64,000 bases of DNA from a virus. The notes beneath the pieces are model-generated. The model was not told the DNA's origin, searched no databases, and saw only the letters and a list, made by a program, of their open reading frames with translations. The translations under genes and the position numbers were made by a program. Positions within the stretch are counted from its first letter, which is position 1; each line of letters starts with the position of its first letter. Positions 1 through 9,037 of this stretch are shown piece after piece. The DNA is taken from positions 4,280-68,279 of IMG/VR virus record IMGVR_UViG_3300035326_000449; one strand, 5' to 3'.

Positions 1-964
1 AGTTCTTCACAACGGTGCCACCGTCAAACTCAATCTCCACGTTTTCCATGTTGGATCTTTCCTCCTGAGCCTTCTGCTTGGCTTCGGCTTCTTCTACGAA
101 CTTCCAAAATTTGTGACGTGATGTGAAGATCTCCTTCCCTCCATTCTCCTTGAACTGAGCATTAAGGCTCTTGATGTAATCGGAAGCCCTGCGTAACATT
201 TCCACTTTGCCGTTCTTTGCGAGAGTTTCCATGCGGCTGGCAAGATTAGTTACGAAACAGGTTCTCGAATAGCCACGATATTCAGGCTTTTTCAAGTCAA
301 TACCCAGGATAGTTGAGGCAGTTCTGAAAATATCCTGCTTGATACCCTGCCACTCTATATCGGCACGCTCTTCCGGAGTACGCTTGGCTTCCATACGTTT
401 GAGTGTGCGCTTCTTGAAATTCTCGCGCCACTCATTGAATTTCTGGAAAGCGGTGTCATAAGCCGAATTTGCCTTTTCATTACGTCGTGTCGGAAATCGG
501 GCCGGTCCCGTAATCATCGCGCTAAGTATGCGAGAGTGCTTTGAGAATAATTCGCGCACCCAATCACGATACTTGGAAATATATTCCTCTTGATACTCCT
601 GCTCAATACCTTCCAGATCCTTCAGAAGCTGGCTCTCATAGTCGCGGATATACTGCTGGGCGCGTACTTCCGGAGAATGGCTTGTGGAGTAGAACGCCTG
701 GATTGCGAGGTCTTTCATGTCCTCTAAATTCAGATCGTACTTCCACGCAGTCACGACCCAATCTTTGAGGGAAATATCGCTAAAGGAAGCGATGACCCTG
801 CCATCTTCCGTCGATGCGGTATGGGTACGTATTTCGGAGAACATATTGACAGGCTTACGCTCAGCCCGCCAGTTGAATGTCAGTTCGGGGGACTCGCCTG
901 TATTGGTTGCTGATTTGATTTTGGCTGCTCTGTGAGCGTTCCAAACGGTTAAGATTGTTTCCAT
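1..964 (-). CDS. Partial early protein, DUF3560/polyvalent-protein-associated type (runs off the window)
   Basis: Hand-translated open frame from ATG 964 (METILTVW...) with HSRILSAMITGPARFPTRRNEKAN motif; not in the ORF track because it is truncated. Confidence 0.6.
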   Translation of the reverse strand, partial: METILTVWNAHRAAKIKSATNTGESPELTFNWRAERKPVNMFSEIRTHTASTEDGRVIASFSDISLKDWVVTAWKYDLNLEDMKDLAIQAFYSTSHSPEVRAQQYIRDYESQLLKDLEGIEQEYQEEYISKYRDWVRELFSKHSRILSAMITGPARFPTRRNEKANSAYDTAFQKFNEWRENFKKRTLKRMEAKRTPEERADIEWQGIKQDIFRTASTILGIDLKKPEYRGYSRTCFVTNLASRMETLAKNGKVEMLRRASDYIKSLNAQFKENGGKEIFTSRHKFWKFVEEAEAKQKAQEERSNMENVEIEFDGGTVVKN

Positions 965-969
965 ATTCC

Positions 970-1197
970 TTATGCTTTTTCAGTGTATTTGTTGATTACT
1001 TTTACTATATCATCGAAGCAGGTTACCCGATGAATGTTCTCGGTGTCGTTGAAATCATCGCCCGGAGCATAAACGGCGGTCATGAAGTCACCTTCTCCGT
1101 CAGGGGCTATCTCGATGAAACAGTAGTCCGCCCATTCAAGAATCGGCATCGCTTCATCGAATATCGATGCCAGGATTGGGTTGTCAGTCTCAAACAT
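970..1197 (-). CDS. Small acidic hypothetical early protein
   Basis: 75-aa ORF directly downstream of the promoter at 1238-1269. Confidence 0.7.
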   Translation of the reverse strand: MFETDNPILASIFDEAMPILEWADYCFIEIAPDGEGDFMTAVYAPGDDFNDTENIHRVTCFDDIVKVINKYTEKA

Positions 1198-1237
1198 TGT
1201 GTCTTGTTTTTAAGTAGTTAATTTCTTATTTGCATTG

Positions 1238-1269
1238 CAAATATAATACTTTTTTATCAAATACGCAAA
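1238..1269 (-). promoter_or_regulatory. Bacteroidota sigmaA-type promoter, early repeat copy 1
   Basis: Minus strand TTTG-N20-TATATTTG, TGATAA in spacer, conserved TGCAAATAAGAAA leader. Confidence 0.8.
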
Positions 1270-1301
1270 CATTTATCGGATAAAATTATCATTTATACTA
1301 T

Positions 1302-1342
1302 AAAAAATTCCGTCCGACCTGCACAATGCAGACCAGACGGAA
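1302..1342 (-). terminator. Intrinsic terminator of the lysis operon
   Basis: ttccgtc...gacggaa imperfect stem with A-run on the + strand (U-tract on minus). Confidence 0.6.
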
Positions 1343-1369
1343 TGAGTGAAGAGAACTGAGATACACGTT

Positions 1370-1915
1370 TCAGCGGGACCACAGATTAACCGCAATACCA
1401 ACACCGATGTACGGTTGAAATCCTTTGGGGGTTACTCCATAACCTGCTTGTAGTCCGACACTGAATCGCGGTGGCTTAGTAGGGGAACGGATCTTGACGT
1501 GTTCAACTTCCCGGAATAACAACAAGCTATCGAGGCTCGGATTATAACCGCTTACATAGGCGCGATAACCCTCACCCTCATACATCTTCTGAGTGATCGG
1601 GATGATTACATCAGCGCTGTCTGTAGGAAGCGTAGCGGTCAGGGCGTTGCTCTCTTGCAAACTATCACCAGAAACCTCCGATATTGCCAGGGGTGAGTCC
1701 CTGCTTGACAACGGCAAGCGGACTGATTCCGACCTGACTAACGATGAATCCTTTGCGGCCGGCTGAGTAACAAACACCGTATCCCTCACCGTATCACGTT
1801 CCACGACTTCCTCAAAGACATCAATCTCGGGAGGTCGAGGATGGCTGAAGAAGTAGAAGTTGGCGCACAATGACACCACAAGGAAAAGAAATATAACAAT
1901 GAGTAGTTTCTTCAT
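1370..1915 (-). CDS. Putative spanin-like lysis protein
   Basis: N-terminal TM/signal segment, C-terminal beta-hairpin (FSVGLQAGYG...PYIGVGIAVNLW); follows the endolysin. Confidence 0.55.
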   Translation of the reverse strand: MKKLLIVIFLFLVVSLCANFYFFSHPRPPEIDVFEEVVERDTVRDTVFVTQPAAKDSSLVRSESVRLPLSSRDSPLAISEVSGDSLQESNALTATLPTDSADVIIPITQKMYEGEGYRAYVSGYNPSLDSLLLFREVEHVKIRSPTKPPRFSVGLQAGYGVTPKGFQPYIGVGIAVNLWSR

Positions 1916-1922
1916 GATGGTA

Positions 1923-2582
1923 TTATATTGAAGTTACATATTTTTCGACACCGGCAACATGGAGATCCACGATTGCCTTATGACCTTCAGGCGAAAGAAG
2001 GAAGTCAACGTCAGCCTTATTGTCCTGGAAGAGCGACTCTGTCAGGACCGCAGGGCATTGCGTATGCATGAGGATATAGAAGCGAGCTTCATAGTCGGGA
2101 TCTCCGTCACTCCAGTCTGCGCGGATAGGAACCTGCTTCTTGTCATAGGCTCCCTGCTCTTTGAGAATCGGGAAGCGGTCGATGTACGGCTTGAGACATT
2201 CATTTGCGGCGTTCCAAATATCGGTGGCGAGAATGTCTGCCTTAGTCTGACCCGGTGAGGTATATACGCACCAACCTCCGGCGGTCTTCCATTTGCCGTC
2301 AGAACCTGCGGCATTGCAATGCACCGAAATGACGATTACTTTGTCCTTGCCAACCTTATTGCAAGTCTCGTTCACGCGACGGCAACGCTCAGAAAGAGGA
2401 ACATCAGTTTCTTCAGGGACAAGAATACGGGCATCATACCCCATCGCACGGCGCTTTGCCACGATGTCCTTAACGAGCTCACGAGCTTTCTTGTACTCAA
2501 GAAGTGAGCGGTCGGGCGAGCATTTACCTGCGGTATCTACGCCATGACCCGGATCCCAATATTCGATTATATTCTTCGACAT
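1923..2582 (-). CDS. Endolysin, N-acetylmuramoyl-L-alanine amidase (Amidase_3)
   Basis: DPGHG, LLE, ISVHCNA and PAVLTE zinc-amidase motifs. Confidence 0.9.
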   Translation of the reverse strand: MSKNIIEYWDPGHGVDTAGKCSPDRSLLEYKKARELVKDIVAKRRAMGYDARILVPEETDVPLSERCRRVNETCNKVGKDKVIVISVHCNAAGSDGKWKTAGGWCVYTSPGQTKADILATDIWNAANECLKPYIDRFPILKEQGAYDKKQVPIRADWSDGDPDYEARFYILMHTQCPAVLTESLFQDNKADVDFLLSPEGHKAIVDLHVAGVEKYVTSI

Positions 2583-2612
2583 AATGAAAAAGATTTATAG
2601 ATTATGGATTTA

Positions 2613-3218
2613 TCAGTCATTCATACGGTGGTAAAATTCGAGCTTGATGTCGTCATAGACCATCTTCACGTTGGTAAACGCGCGCTTGTTGTCAACACCA
2701 TGCTCGTTATAGATCTCTCCTTCGACAACCTGAGCGACACGCTCAATCCATTCCGGATTGCAGTATTGACCGAGCGGCTTACCTTTGTAAGTGAAAGTGT
2801 CAAATTTGGTATTGCGGTCCTCATAGAGATTATGCAAGAGATTACGAATCTTTTTGCCGGTCTTCTCTCTGTCGGCTATATGGTTCTCCTCTCGGACATT
2901 CTTTATCAGACGGCAGACTCTTTCGACCGACAGATCAAACGCGAAGCCGGAAAGATTGCGGATTCTCAATTTGGTCTCAACCCTCAGACCCTCTGAGATA
3001 GTCCTGAGCATATTGTTCTGCTCACGAGTCTCCGACAATAGGTCTCCAAGAGCATCCTTATTGTCGGAAAGAATCTGATTTATGATGGTTCTGAACCATT
3101 TGAATATCGCAACCATAACCGCTGCTGATAAGAGAATATAAACTGCTGTCATAATCGCCATAGCACCGTATTCGCTTATGCCACGTGCTATTTCCGTAAC
3201 TTGCTGCACGTCTTTCAT
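2613..3218 (-). CDS. Putative holin
   Basis: One N-terminal TM helix plus soluble domain, immediately upstream of the endolysin. Confidence 0.5.
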   Translation of the reverse strand: MKDVQQVTEIARGISEYGAMAIMTAVYILLSAAVMVAIFKWFRTIINQILSDNKDALGDLLSETREQNNMLRTISEGLRVETKLRIRNLSGFAFDLSVERVCRLIKNVREENHIADREKTGKKIRNLLHNLYEDRNTKFDTFTYKGKPLGQYCNPEWIERVAQVVEGEIYNEHGVDNKRAFTNVKMVYDDIKLEFYHRMND

Positions 3219-4510
3219 ACGCTTTCAGGTGTTATTTGGAACAATTCCTTGAATCTCTCGACGAGGTCAAGTTTCTCCCATGTGTAGTATTCCACATTCT
3301 TCTTCTTCACGCCATCGTAACCGATGTATGACTCACGCATATAAGACTTGCCGAAGTGTCCGTAAGCGGCGGTGTCCTCATATATGGGATTGAGAAGTTT
3401 GAGTCGCTTGATGATGCCGGCCGGAGTCAGGTCAACCTCACGGGAAATGAGGTCGGCTATCTCCCCATCGCTCATGTCAATATGAGATTTGCCGTAAGTA
3501 TTAACATTGACGCTTACTGGTTCTGCTACACCGATTGCATAAGCAAGCTGCACAAGAACTTCATCTGCGACACCGGCAGCTACGAGGTTCTTGGCGATGT
3601 GTCGGGCGGCGTAGGCTGCTGAACGGTCAACCTTGCTGGGGTCTTTACCCGAGAATGCACCGCCTCCATGTGCGCCACGACCACCGTATGTATCAATTAT
3701 GATCTTACGACCGGTGAGACCTGTGTCACCATGAGGACCGCCTATTACGAATTTACCGGTTGGATTGACATGGAGAATGAGGTCATCATCAAACAAGGTA
3801 CGGAGTTCCTTCGGAAGCAGACGGATAGCAGCCGGGATAACGATGCTCTCGATGTCATGGCGAATATGAATCTGCATATTTCTTTCCTGGTCCTCGATCC
3901 TCATGCCCGAGTCGGCAAAGAAGTCGTCATGCTGGGTTGATACCACGATGGTATGAACCCTCACCGGTTTACCTTCGGGAGTGTACTCAACTGTAACCTG
4001 GCTCTTGGCATCGGGGCGAAGATATGGCATGATCGGCTCATCGCTCCATAAGTAACTGCGAAGCTGCAGAAGAATGAGGTTTGCAAGATAGAGCGGAAGC
4101 GGCATGAACTCCGGAGTTTCGTTCACGGCGTAGCCGAACATCATACCCTGATCCCCGGCTCCCTGGACCTCCTGCTCAACTCCGCGCTGAATATCCTCGC
4201 TCTGGCAATGCATGGCATTCATGATGCCGCAGGAATCACCGTCAAACCCATATTCGCTCTTAGTGTAGCCAATATCCTTGATGACGTTTCTCGCGATTTT
4301 CTGAACATCCACAGTCGCTTTTGAGCGGTATTCCCCGGCTATTATCACTTGCCCTGTAGTCACCAGGGTCTCACATGCCACTTTTGCATTCGGATCTTTG
4401 GCGATGAACGCATCGACAATAGCATCCGAAATCTGATCGGCAATCTTATCAGGGTGCCCTTCGGACACTGCTTCTGATGTAAAAAGTATGTTATGCTTAG
4501 TTGGCTTCAT
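3215..4510 (-). CDS. metK: S-adenosylmethionine synthetase
   Basis: FTSEAVSEGHPDKIADQISD, GAGDQG, GGPHGDTGLTGRKII and GGGAFSGKDPSKVDRS all intact. Confidence 0.97.
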   Translation of the reverse strand: MKPTKHNILFTSEAVSEGHPDKIADQISDAIVDAFIAKDPNAKVACETLVTTGQVIIAGEYRSKATVDVQKIARNVIKDIGYTKSEYGFDGDSCGIMNAMHCQSEDIQRGVEQEVQGAGDQGMMFGYAVNETPEFMPLPLYLANLILLQLRSYLWSDEPIMPYLRPDAKSQVTVEYTPEGKPVRVHTIVVSTQHDDFFADSGMRIEDQERNMQIHIRHDIESIVIPAAIRLLPKELRTLFDDDLILHVNPTGKFVIGGPHGDTGLTGRKIIIDTYGGRGAHGGGAFSGKDPSKVDRSAAYAARHIAKNLVAAGVADEVLVQLAYAIGVAEPVSVNVNTYGKSHIDMSDGEIADLISREVDLTPAGIIKRLKLLNPIYEDTAAYGHFGKSYMRESYIGYDGVKKKNVEYYTWEKLDLVERFKELFQITPESV

Positions 4511-4532
4511 CTGTCTAATTCGGTTGATGAGC

Positions 4533-4600
4533 CAAAATTAACTTGAAATTAGCTTATAACACTTATTAAAGCCGGGCATATCGGTGAACATCATTGTTCA
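4533..4600 (-). promoter_or_regulatory. Putative activator-dependent late promoter of the metK-lysis operon
   Basis: -7 box TAATTTTG (4533-4540), no -33 TTTG, palindrome TGAAC-N6-GTTCA at 4585-4600 (44 nt away) inside a larger hairpin at 4571-4615. Confidence 0.65.
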
Positions 4601-4643
4601 GTCAATATGCCCGGCGAGCCTAAAAAACAATCTTAATTAACTA

Positions 4644-5519
4644 CTACTTTTCGACATTTTGTTCTGCATCCTTCTTGCGATGCAAGATTTTGAATAGTTC
4701 GGTCTGTTTGACTTCCTCCTGCTTTTCCAGAGTCAAGCCATCAAACCACTCGTTAAAGGAAACACCCTTGACATCCGGTTGCTCCCCACGATTCTTTATT
4801 TCAACCCAACGGTAATAAGGCAAAGGGGTTAATCCGGCTTCCTCTACAAGTTTACGATAATGCCAATACTCAGCGCGGAGTGCCTTATCTTTACTCTTCA
4901 AGTCTTTAGGTTGTCCTACATCGTCACAATCACTGTGTGTACCAGTGCATACTACAGCTTGCCTGGCCGCTTCAGACGTTGCTTCTGAGCCACTGCTTCC
5001 GAGGCCTCCACCACGGCTCTTGCAGGATAACTGAGGGACGACTTCGAAGTAAGGGGCTATCGTTGAATAAAACGTCATCTGGGCTATTCGAGTGCGCGCC
5101 TTGATTGTGAAGGCGACATCGTTATTCTTCAGGATAATGTTAATGCTGTCCGTGAAGTTAGGATCAATCTTGCCCGGCATGACATCAGCATCGAAATTCA
5201 ACCTGCCTGACTGCATGGCCCTCCACGGAATAAAGCCCCATTTCCAACCCCACTTCACACGTGTGCCGTAGCCTTCCATTCCCCGGAGCGTCATGCCGCT
5301 TCTGGCTTCAATCTTGGCTTCCACTCCGAAAGGAAGATTTATGGCGAAATTGAGAGGGATAGCCACGCGGCTATGAGCCGGCACATGGAAATCCACTGGG
5401 CAAACAAGATCATAACCGATGCTTCCCTCTTTGGCTTTCTTGGGGATGAAATACGGGAATGCAGTAGGACAAATCTCGAATGTCTTCTTAATTACTCGCT
5501 GTACTTTCTTGGTTCCCAT
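4644..5519 (-). CDS. dut: Trimeric dUTPase-family protein with an internal insertion and C-terminal extension
   Basis: GSIGYDL, ARSG, GKIDPNF, RIAQ and RGGGLGSSG (motifs I-V). Confidence 0.8.
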   Translation of the reverse strand: MGTKKVQRVIKKTFEICPTAFPYFIPKKAKEGSIGYDLVCPVDFHVPAHSRVAIPLNFAINLPFGVEAKIEARSGMTLRGMEGYGTRVKWGWKWGFIPWRAMQSGRLNFDADVMPGKIDPNFTDSINIILKNNDVAFTIKARTRIAQMTFYSTIAPYFEVVPQLSCKSRGGGLGSSGSEATSEAARQAVVCTGTHSDCDDVGQPKDLKSKDKALRAEYWHYRKLVEEAGLTPLPYYRWVEIKNRGEQPDVKGVSFNEWFDGLTLEKQEEVKQTELFKILHRKKDAEQNVEK

Positions 5520-6004
5520 TACTTAGCAAATGTTACCTTAACACAAGTGCTGGCGCTTCTTGCCGGTGCGTACAGCTTGGAAATCTCTCCCGTTTCCTCA
5601 TCGACAACGGTCTCGCATTGGCGTATGCCACGAAGGAATGCTTCACGCTCCTTTAGCAAGGCTTCGATCTCTTTCTTCTGCTCGTAGAGATCATTCCACT
5701 TGCTGTCATTGCAGACTGAGAAATCATACTTGACGCCAGACTCGGTGATAGTAAGTTTAGCGCCATGGAACTCAGCCGGAGCTGACCCCCATTTTTCTTT
5801 GGCTTTATCAACAGCTTCCTTGACTTCCTCGTTTTTGAGGAATAAGCTGAGGCTGTCGCTCAATCCCCTTATCTGGCAAAAGGCTGCGATGGGATCTACT
5901 TCACCTTTGGTGACAGACTTGATTAAATTATTAGCGAAGTCAGTCTGACTGGACTTCGACAACGCCATTGTGTTATTCAACGGCTGTATAGCATTATTTT
6001 CCAT
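5519..6004 (-). CDS. Hypothetical phage protein
   Basis: Likely start ATG 6004 (MENNAIQ); helical protein with GVKYDFSVCND segment; abuts dut. Confidence 0.7.
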   Translation of the reverse strand: MENNAIQPLNNTMALSKSSQTDFANNLIKSVTKGEVDPIAAFCQIRGLSDSLSLFLKNEEVKEAVDKAKEKWGSAPAEFHGAKLTITESGVKYDFSVCNDSKWNDLYEQKKEIEALLKEREAFLRGIRQCETVVDEETGEISKLYAPARSASTCVKVTFAK

Positions 6005-6234
6005 ATTCGGTTGATTTTTTTCGTGTTCTTGAATGCTTTCTTGAAATCTCTGATTGAGAGGTGGAACAGATATGTACCCACAATGAACATCAGCAGTAGC
6101 ATGATGCTTGGGAACCAATGATTTGCGTTTATAACACCGTGATTAATGAACGTGATGTCGGCACCCATGAATATTCCGGCTCCCAATAAGAGCTGAAAGG
6201 TTGCCATAATTCTTTCAAAAGTATTCTCTGTCAT
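5977..6234 (-). CDS. Small two-TM membrane protein
   Basis: Two hydrophobic segments; ATG 6234 just downstream of promoter copy 2. Confidence 0.65.
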   Translation of the reverse strand: MTENTFERIMATFQLLLGAGIFMGADITFINHGVINANHWFPSIMLLLMFIVGTYLFHLSIRDFKKAFKNTKKINRIWKIMLYSR

Positions 6235-6266
6235 AGTTTTAGGAGTTTTATTTCTTATTTGCATTA

Positions 6267-6298
6267 CAAAAATACAGCTTATTTATCATATAGCCAAA
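6267..6298 (-). promoter_or_regulatory. sigmaA-type early promoter, copy 2
   Basis: TTTG-N20-TATTTTTG with TGATAA in spacer. Confidence 0.75.
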
Positions 6299-6411
6299 TT
6301 TTGAGTGGAAAAAATTATCAAAAATAATCATTTCTACTGTGATTGAGCCAATCAGGGGGCTGGCTGAGATTAGTCAGCCTATTTACGCCCCCGATGGTTC
6401 AGTATTTTATC

Positions 6412-6633
6412 TTATTTGCATATAAACGAGCTTTCCTCAATGAGATGGGCGAGAGTGCTGAGTACCGATACACGGTTCATCACAGTCTTCATGTCTGTAT
6501 CATCGCTTTCTGCGGCACAAGTCGGATAGTCCACGATTATTTCCCTGATGGTGTCAAGCAGATCTCCTGCCGGCAGATGATTTTCAAGATTGACGCGGAG
6601 CATTTCTGTGTCGATTGTGAGTCCCGGTATCAT
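6412..6633 (-). CDS. Hypothetical protein homologous to the C-terminal domain of the BRO protein
   Basis: DLLDTIREIIVDYPTCAAES...ICK matches DLLEVLRDIIVDYPLCASES...ICK of 9038-9835. Confidence 0.75.
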   Translation of the reverse strand: MIPGLTIDTEMLRVNLENHLPAGDLLDTIREIIVDYPTCAAESDDTDMKTVMNRVSVLSTLAHLIEESSFICK

Positions 6634-7247
6634 ATCTCACCCCCTTTCTCCCTCATAAGGCGCTCAAGGGTGGTGATCCGTCTTTCCATGTCTTCCACTC
6701 GTTCAGCCTTGACAAGCTCAAGGCGAAGAAGACGTGTCATGCAGTCAACCACAAACTGGAAATCTACCGATGAGGTGAACGACTTGTGGTCGGGTTCGAG
6801 CAATGACGCCATGCGCTCCATATCTGCGATTATTCGGCTTTTCTCGTCAATGACATCATTCTGCCTGTCTATGGTTTCCTGAGCGTCAAGGAGAGCCTTG
6901 TGGAGCTTCTCAACGGTATCAAGGGCGTAGCCGGGAATACCGCAGGCGCCGGCGGCTTGCATTTCAAGTTCCTCCCAACGAAGTATAAGACGAGCTCGTG
7001 CTTTATCATTAAACTTCGTGGCGATATAGAGACACTCAGTCTTGGTAAGGGAATACATGGGAAGTTTACGACCCGTGGAATCGGTGTATTCACTGAGCCC
7101 AAATTTTGACCCAGTAACTTCTTTCCAAGCTGGCTCCATCCTTCTGATGGCTTCTAAAACATGGCGATGTTGTTTATTGGCAACTTCAGCGATCTCAAGT
7201 GATGACATTGTGGTTGCGTTGACAAGTGAGCTGATTGAGGTTTCCAT
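6630..7247 (-). CDS. Rha-family phage regulatory protein with coiled-coil tail
   Basis: MSSLEIAEVANKQHRHVLEAIR, SEYTDSTGRKLPMYSLTK and RARLILRWEELE. Confidence 0.85.
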   Translation of the reverse strand: METSISSLVNATTMSSLEIAEVANKQHRHVLEAIRRMEPAWKEVTGSKFGLSEYTDSTGRKLPMYSLTKTECLYIATKFNDKARARLILRWEELEMQAAGACGIPGYALDTVEKLHKALLDAQETIDRQNDVIDEKSRIIADMERMASLLEPDHKSFTSSVDFQFVVDCMTRLLRLELVKAERVEDMERRITTLERLMREKGGEI

Positions 7248-7257
7248 GACGTAGCTT

Positions 7258-7458
7258 TTAGAGGGTTACTGAACTTGCGATTGCTTCCACCTGAGCCCCG
7301 TGCATTAGGGCGCTGTTGTCATTGATGATTTCCGAGTAAGCTACGGCATCGGAATAGGCGGCATCGAGAAGATACTCCGCAAAAGTCATTTCGCTCTGTG
7401 AGCCACTGGCGCTGTACGCTGCAAACCATTTGTTTGCGATTTCTCTTAATGATTTCAT
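7258..7458 (-). CDS. Small hypothetical protein heading the Rha operon
   Basis: Likely start MKSLREIANK directly after the leader's antisense-target sequence. Confidence 0.6.
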   Translation of the reverse strand: MKSLREIANKWFAAYSASGSQSEMTFAEYLLDAAYSDAVAYSEIINDNSALMHGAQVEAIASSVTL

Positions 7459-7662
7459 TGTTACTCTTTTAGTTTGGCATTTAGACAGAAAAACGGCTGT
7501 CATATCCCGTCGCCAAACTAAAAGAGTAACACTCCGCAGAGTAGTAATCTAAAGGATACAACAGCCGTGTGGCTTATGTTTGAGCATATAAAAATGCTCG
7601 AATTATGTCCGAGCGATAACCGACGCTCTGCGGAAGTGCTTACACTCTTTTAATTTGGCATT
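7459..7662 (-). ncRNA. c4/CI-like structured leader or antisense RNA 1
   Basis: Perfect 20-bp inverted repeat 7459-7478/7512-7531, third degenerate copy near 7640-7660, extra stems. Confidence 0.65.
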
Positions 7663-7663
7663 A

Positions 7664-7695
7664 CAAAATTACGGCTTTTTTATCATATACACAAA
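7664..7695 (-). promoter_or_regulatory. sigmaA-type promoter, copy 3
   Basis: TTTG-N20-TAATTTTG with TGATAA in spacer. Confidence 0.75.
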
Positions 7696-7769
7696 TTTAT
7701 CCCCGAAAAAAATTATCATTTTTGAGGCATTTTTTGGCGCAATTGCCGTTATTAGCGGCATGGCGAGGA

Positions 7770-8129
7770 TTAATCCTCAACCATGCACGGAATATTATCT
7801 TCGAGGTATTTAACAAGCTCCTTTACCTCTGATTCAGGAACCTTTTCTTCCTCGTCAGTATCAGGATCGCACCATAATACAGTTACATCACCCATGGAAA
7901 CCACCGCATGGCGAATGATTGTCTCGTAAGGGGTCCAATACCCGTCACCGTCATGAATTATGTCTGCCGTTACATCATAGCTGCCTTCTACGAGGTAGCC
8001 CTCATCTTCAAAGTAGATGTCGTTTGTACGGTAATCGTAGCCGTCACGGTCGTAGCCGCCGACCTCCACGTAATTTGTGCAATCGCTTAAAATCTTGTCA
8101 AAAAAGTCTTTGAGTGGTTTTCTTGCCAT
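7770..8129 (-). CDS. Highly acidic hypothetical protein
   Basis: Likely start MARKPLK; very rich in D, E and Y. Confidence 0.7.
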   Translation of the reverse strand: MARKPLKDFFDKILSDCTNYVEVGGYDRDGYDYRTNDIYFEDEGYLVEGSYDVTADIIHDGDGYWTPYETIIRHAVVSMGDVTVLWCDPDTDEEEKVPESEVKELVKYLEDNIPCMVED

Positions 8130-8169
8130 GGCTGTGTCAGTGTTAAATCCTTTTGCATAAGCCCGGTCA

Positions 8170-8436
8170 TTAAAGACCGAGCAGTTTCTTGATGTTTCTT
8201 GCCATTGCATAGCCCTCGGTGGTGAGGCTGTGAGCCTCGTTGAAGTAGAGGACGGTAGCGGGGTGAGTCTTGCGTATCACTCTCTCCAGACCGCTCTGCC
8301 ATTTGTCAGCGTAAGCGAGAAGCTGGCGGTATTCCTTTGAGCTGATAGTGCGGAGGATGGTGCCGACCATGATGAGTGTCTTACCATAGACGAGGTCAGC
8401 ATCGATGAATTTCACGAGTGTTTTAACGGTTGCCAT
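8170..8436 (-). CDS. Hypothetical early protein
   Basis: 88-aa ORF directly after promoter copy 4. Confidence 0.7.
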   Translation of the reverse strand: MATVKTLVKFIDADLVYGKTLIMVGTILRTISSKEYRQLLAYADKWQSGLERVIRKTHPATVLYFNEAHSLTTEGYAMARNIKKLLGL

Positions 8437-8479
8437 AATGTCTTGTTTTTAGGAGTTGTTTAATTTCTTATTTGCATTG

Positions 8480-8511
8480 CAAATATAACATATTTTTATC
8501 AAATACGCAAA
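8480..8511 (-). promoter_or_regulatory. sigmaA-type early promoter, copy 4
   Basis: TTTG-N20-TATATTTG, TGATAA boxes, conserved leader. Confidence 0.8.
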
Positions 8512-8737
8512 CTTTATCGGGTAAAATTATCATTTCTACTATTTTTTTTGAGAAGGCGATGTCCGCAGTATGGACGCCATCAAAAAACGAACGCCCCTTT
8601 CAACACATGGGGTGTTTACCATACACCCCATCGCTTCCCTCGCGCGCACACGCACACGCGTATAGTTTATATATATATTATAATAAAGACTTACTATAAG
8701 GCTCTACTACGTAGAGCGTTGACAAACTTCCCAGCGC

Positions 8738-8929
8738 CGTGCAAAATCCGTGCAACCGACACCCATAACCTCCCATAAAATCAACTCCGTAGGAGTGCAA
8801 TCTTCGTGTAACCGCTTTGAAACCGTGCAAAAATCGTGCAAACTTCGTGCAAAGTCCGTGCAATCGGATGCTTTAATATGTTGAGTTTTGGGGAGTTATC
8901 CGTGCAAAGTCCGTGCAATTATCGTGCAA
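8738..8929. repeat. Iteron-like CGTGCAA array, putative replication origin
   Basis: Nine perfect copies (8738, 8749, 8824, 8835, 8846, 8857, 8901, 8912, 8923) plus two degenerate (8794, 8805), 11-bp period, near AT tract 8660-8690. Confidence 0.65.
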
Positions 8930-9037
8930 AGATTGTGTGTAGGCTGAATCTCAGGAAGTTAGGATTTTCTGCAAGAAAAGGGCACCGTCATCCCGACGAC
9001 ACCCTCCCCGTATTAATTACGATATGATGTTATTTTC

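Noticed and set aside
1270-1295. GATAA-AA-TTATC as a host Fur box
   Set aside because: Half-site spacing is one base shorter than the 7-1-7 Fur consensus and the palindrome is lost in several copies; a phage repressor site is the simpler reading.
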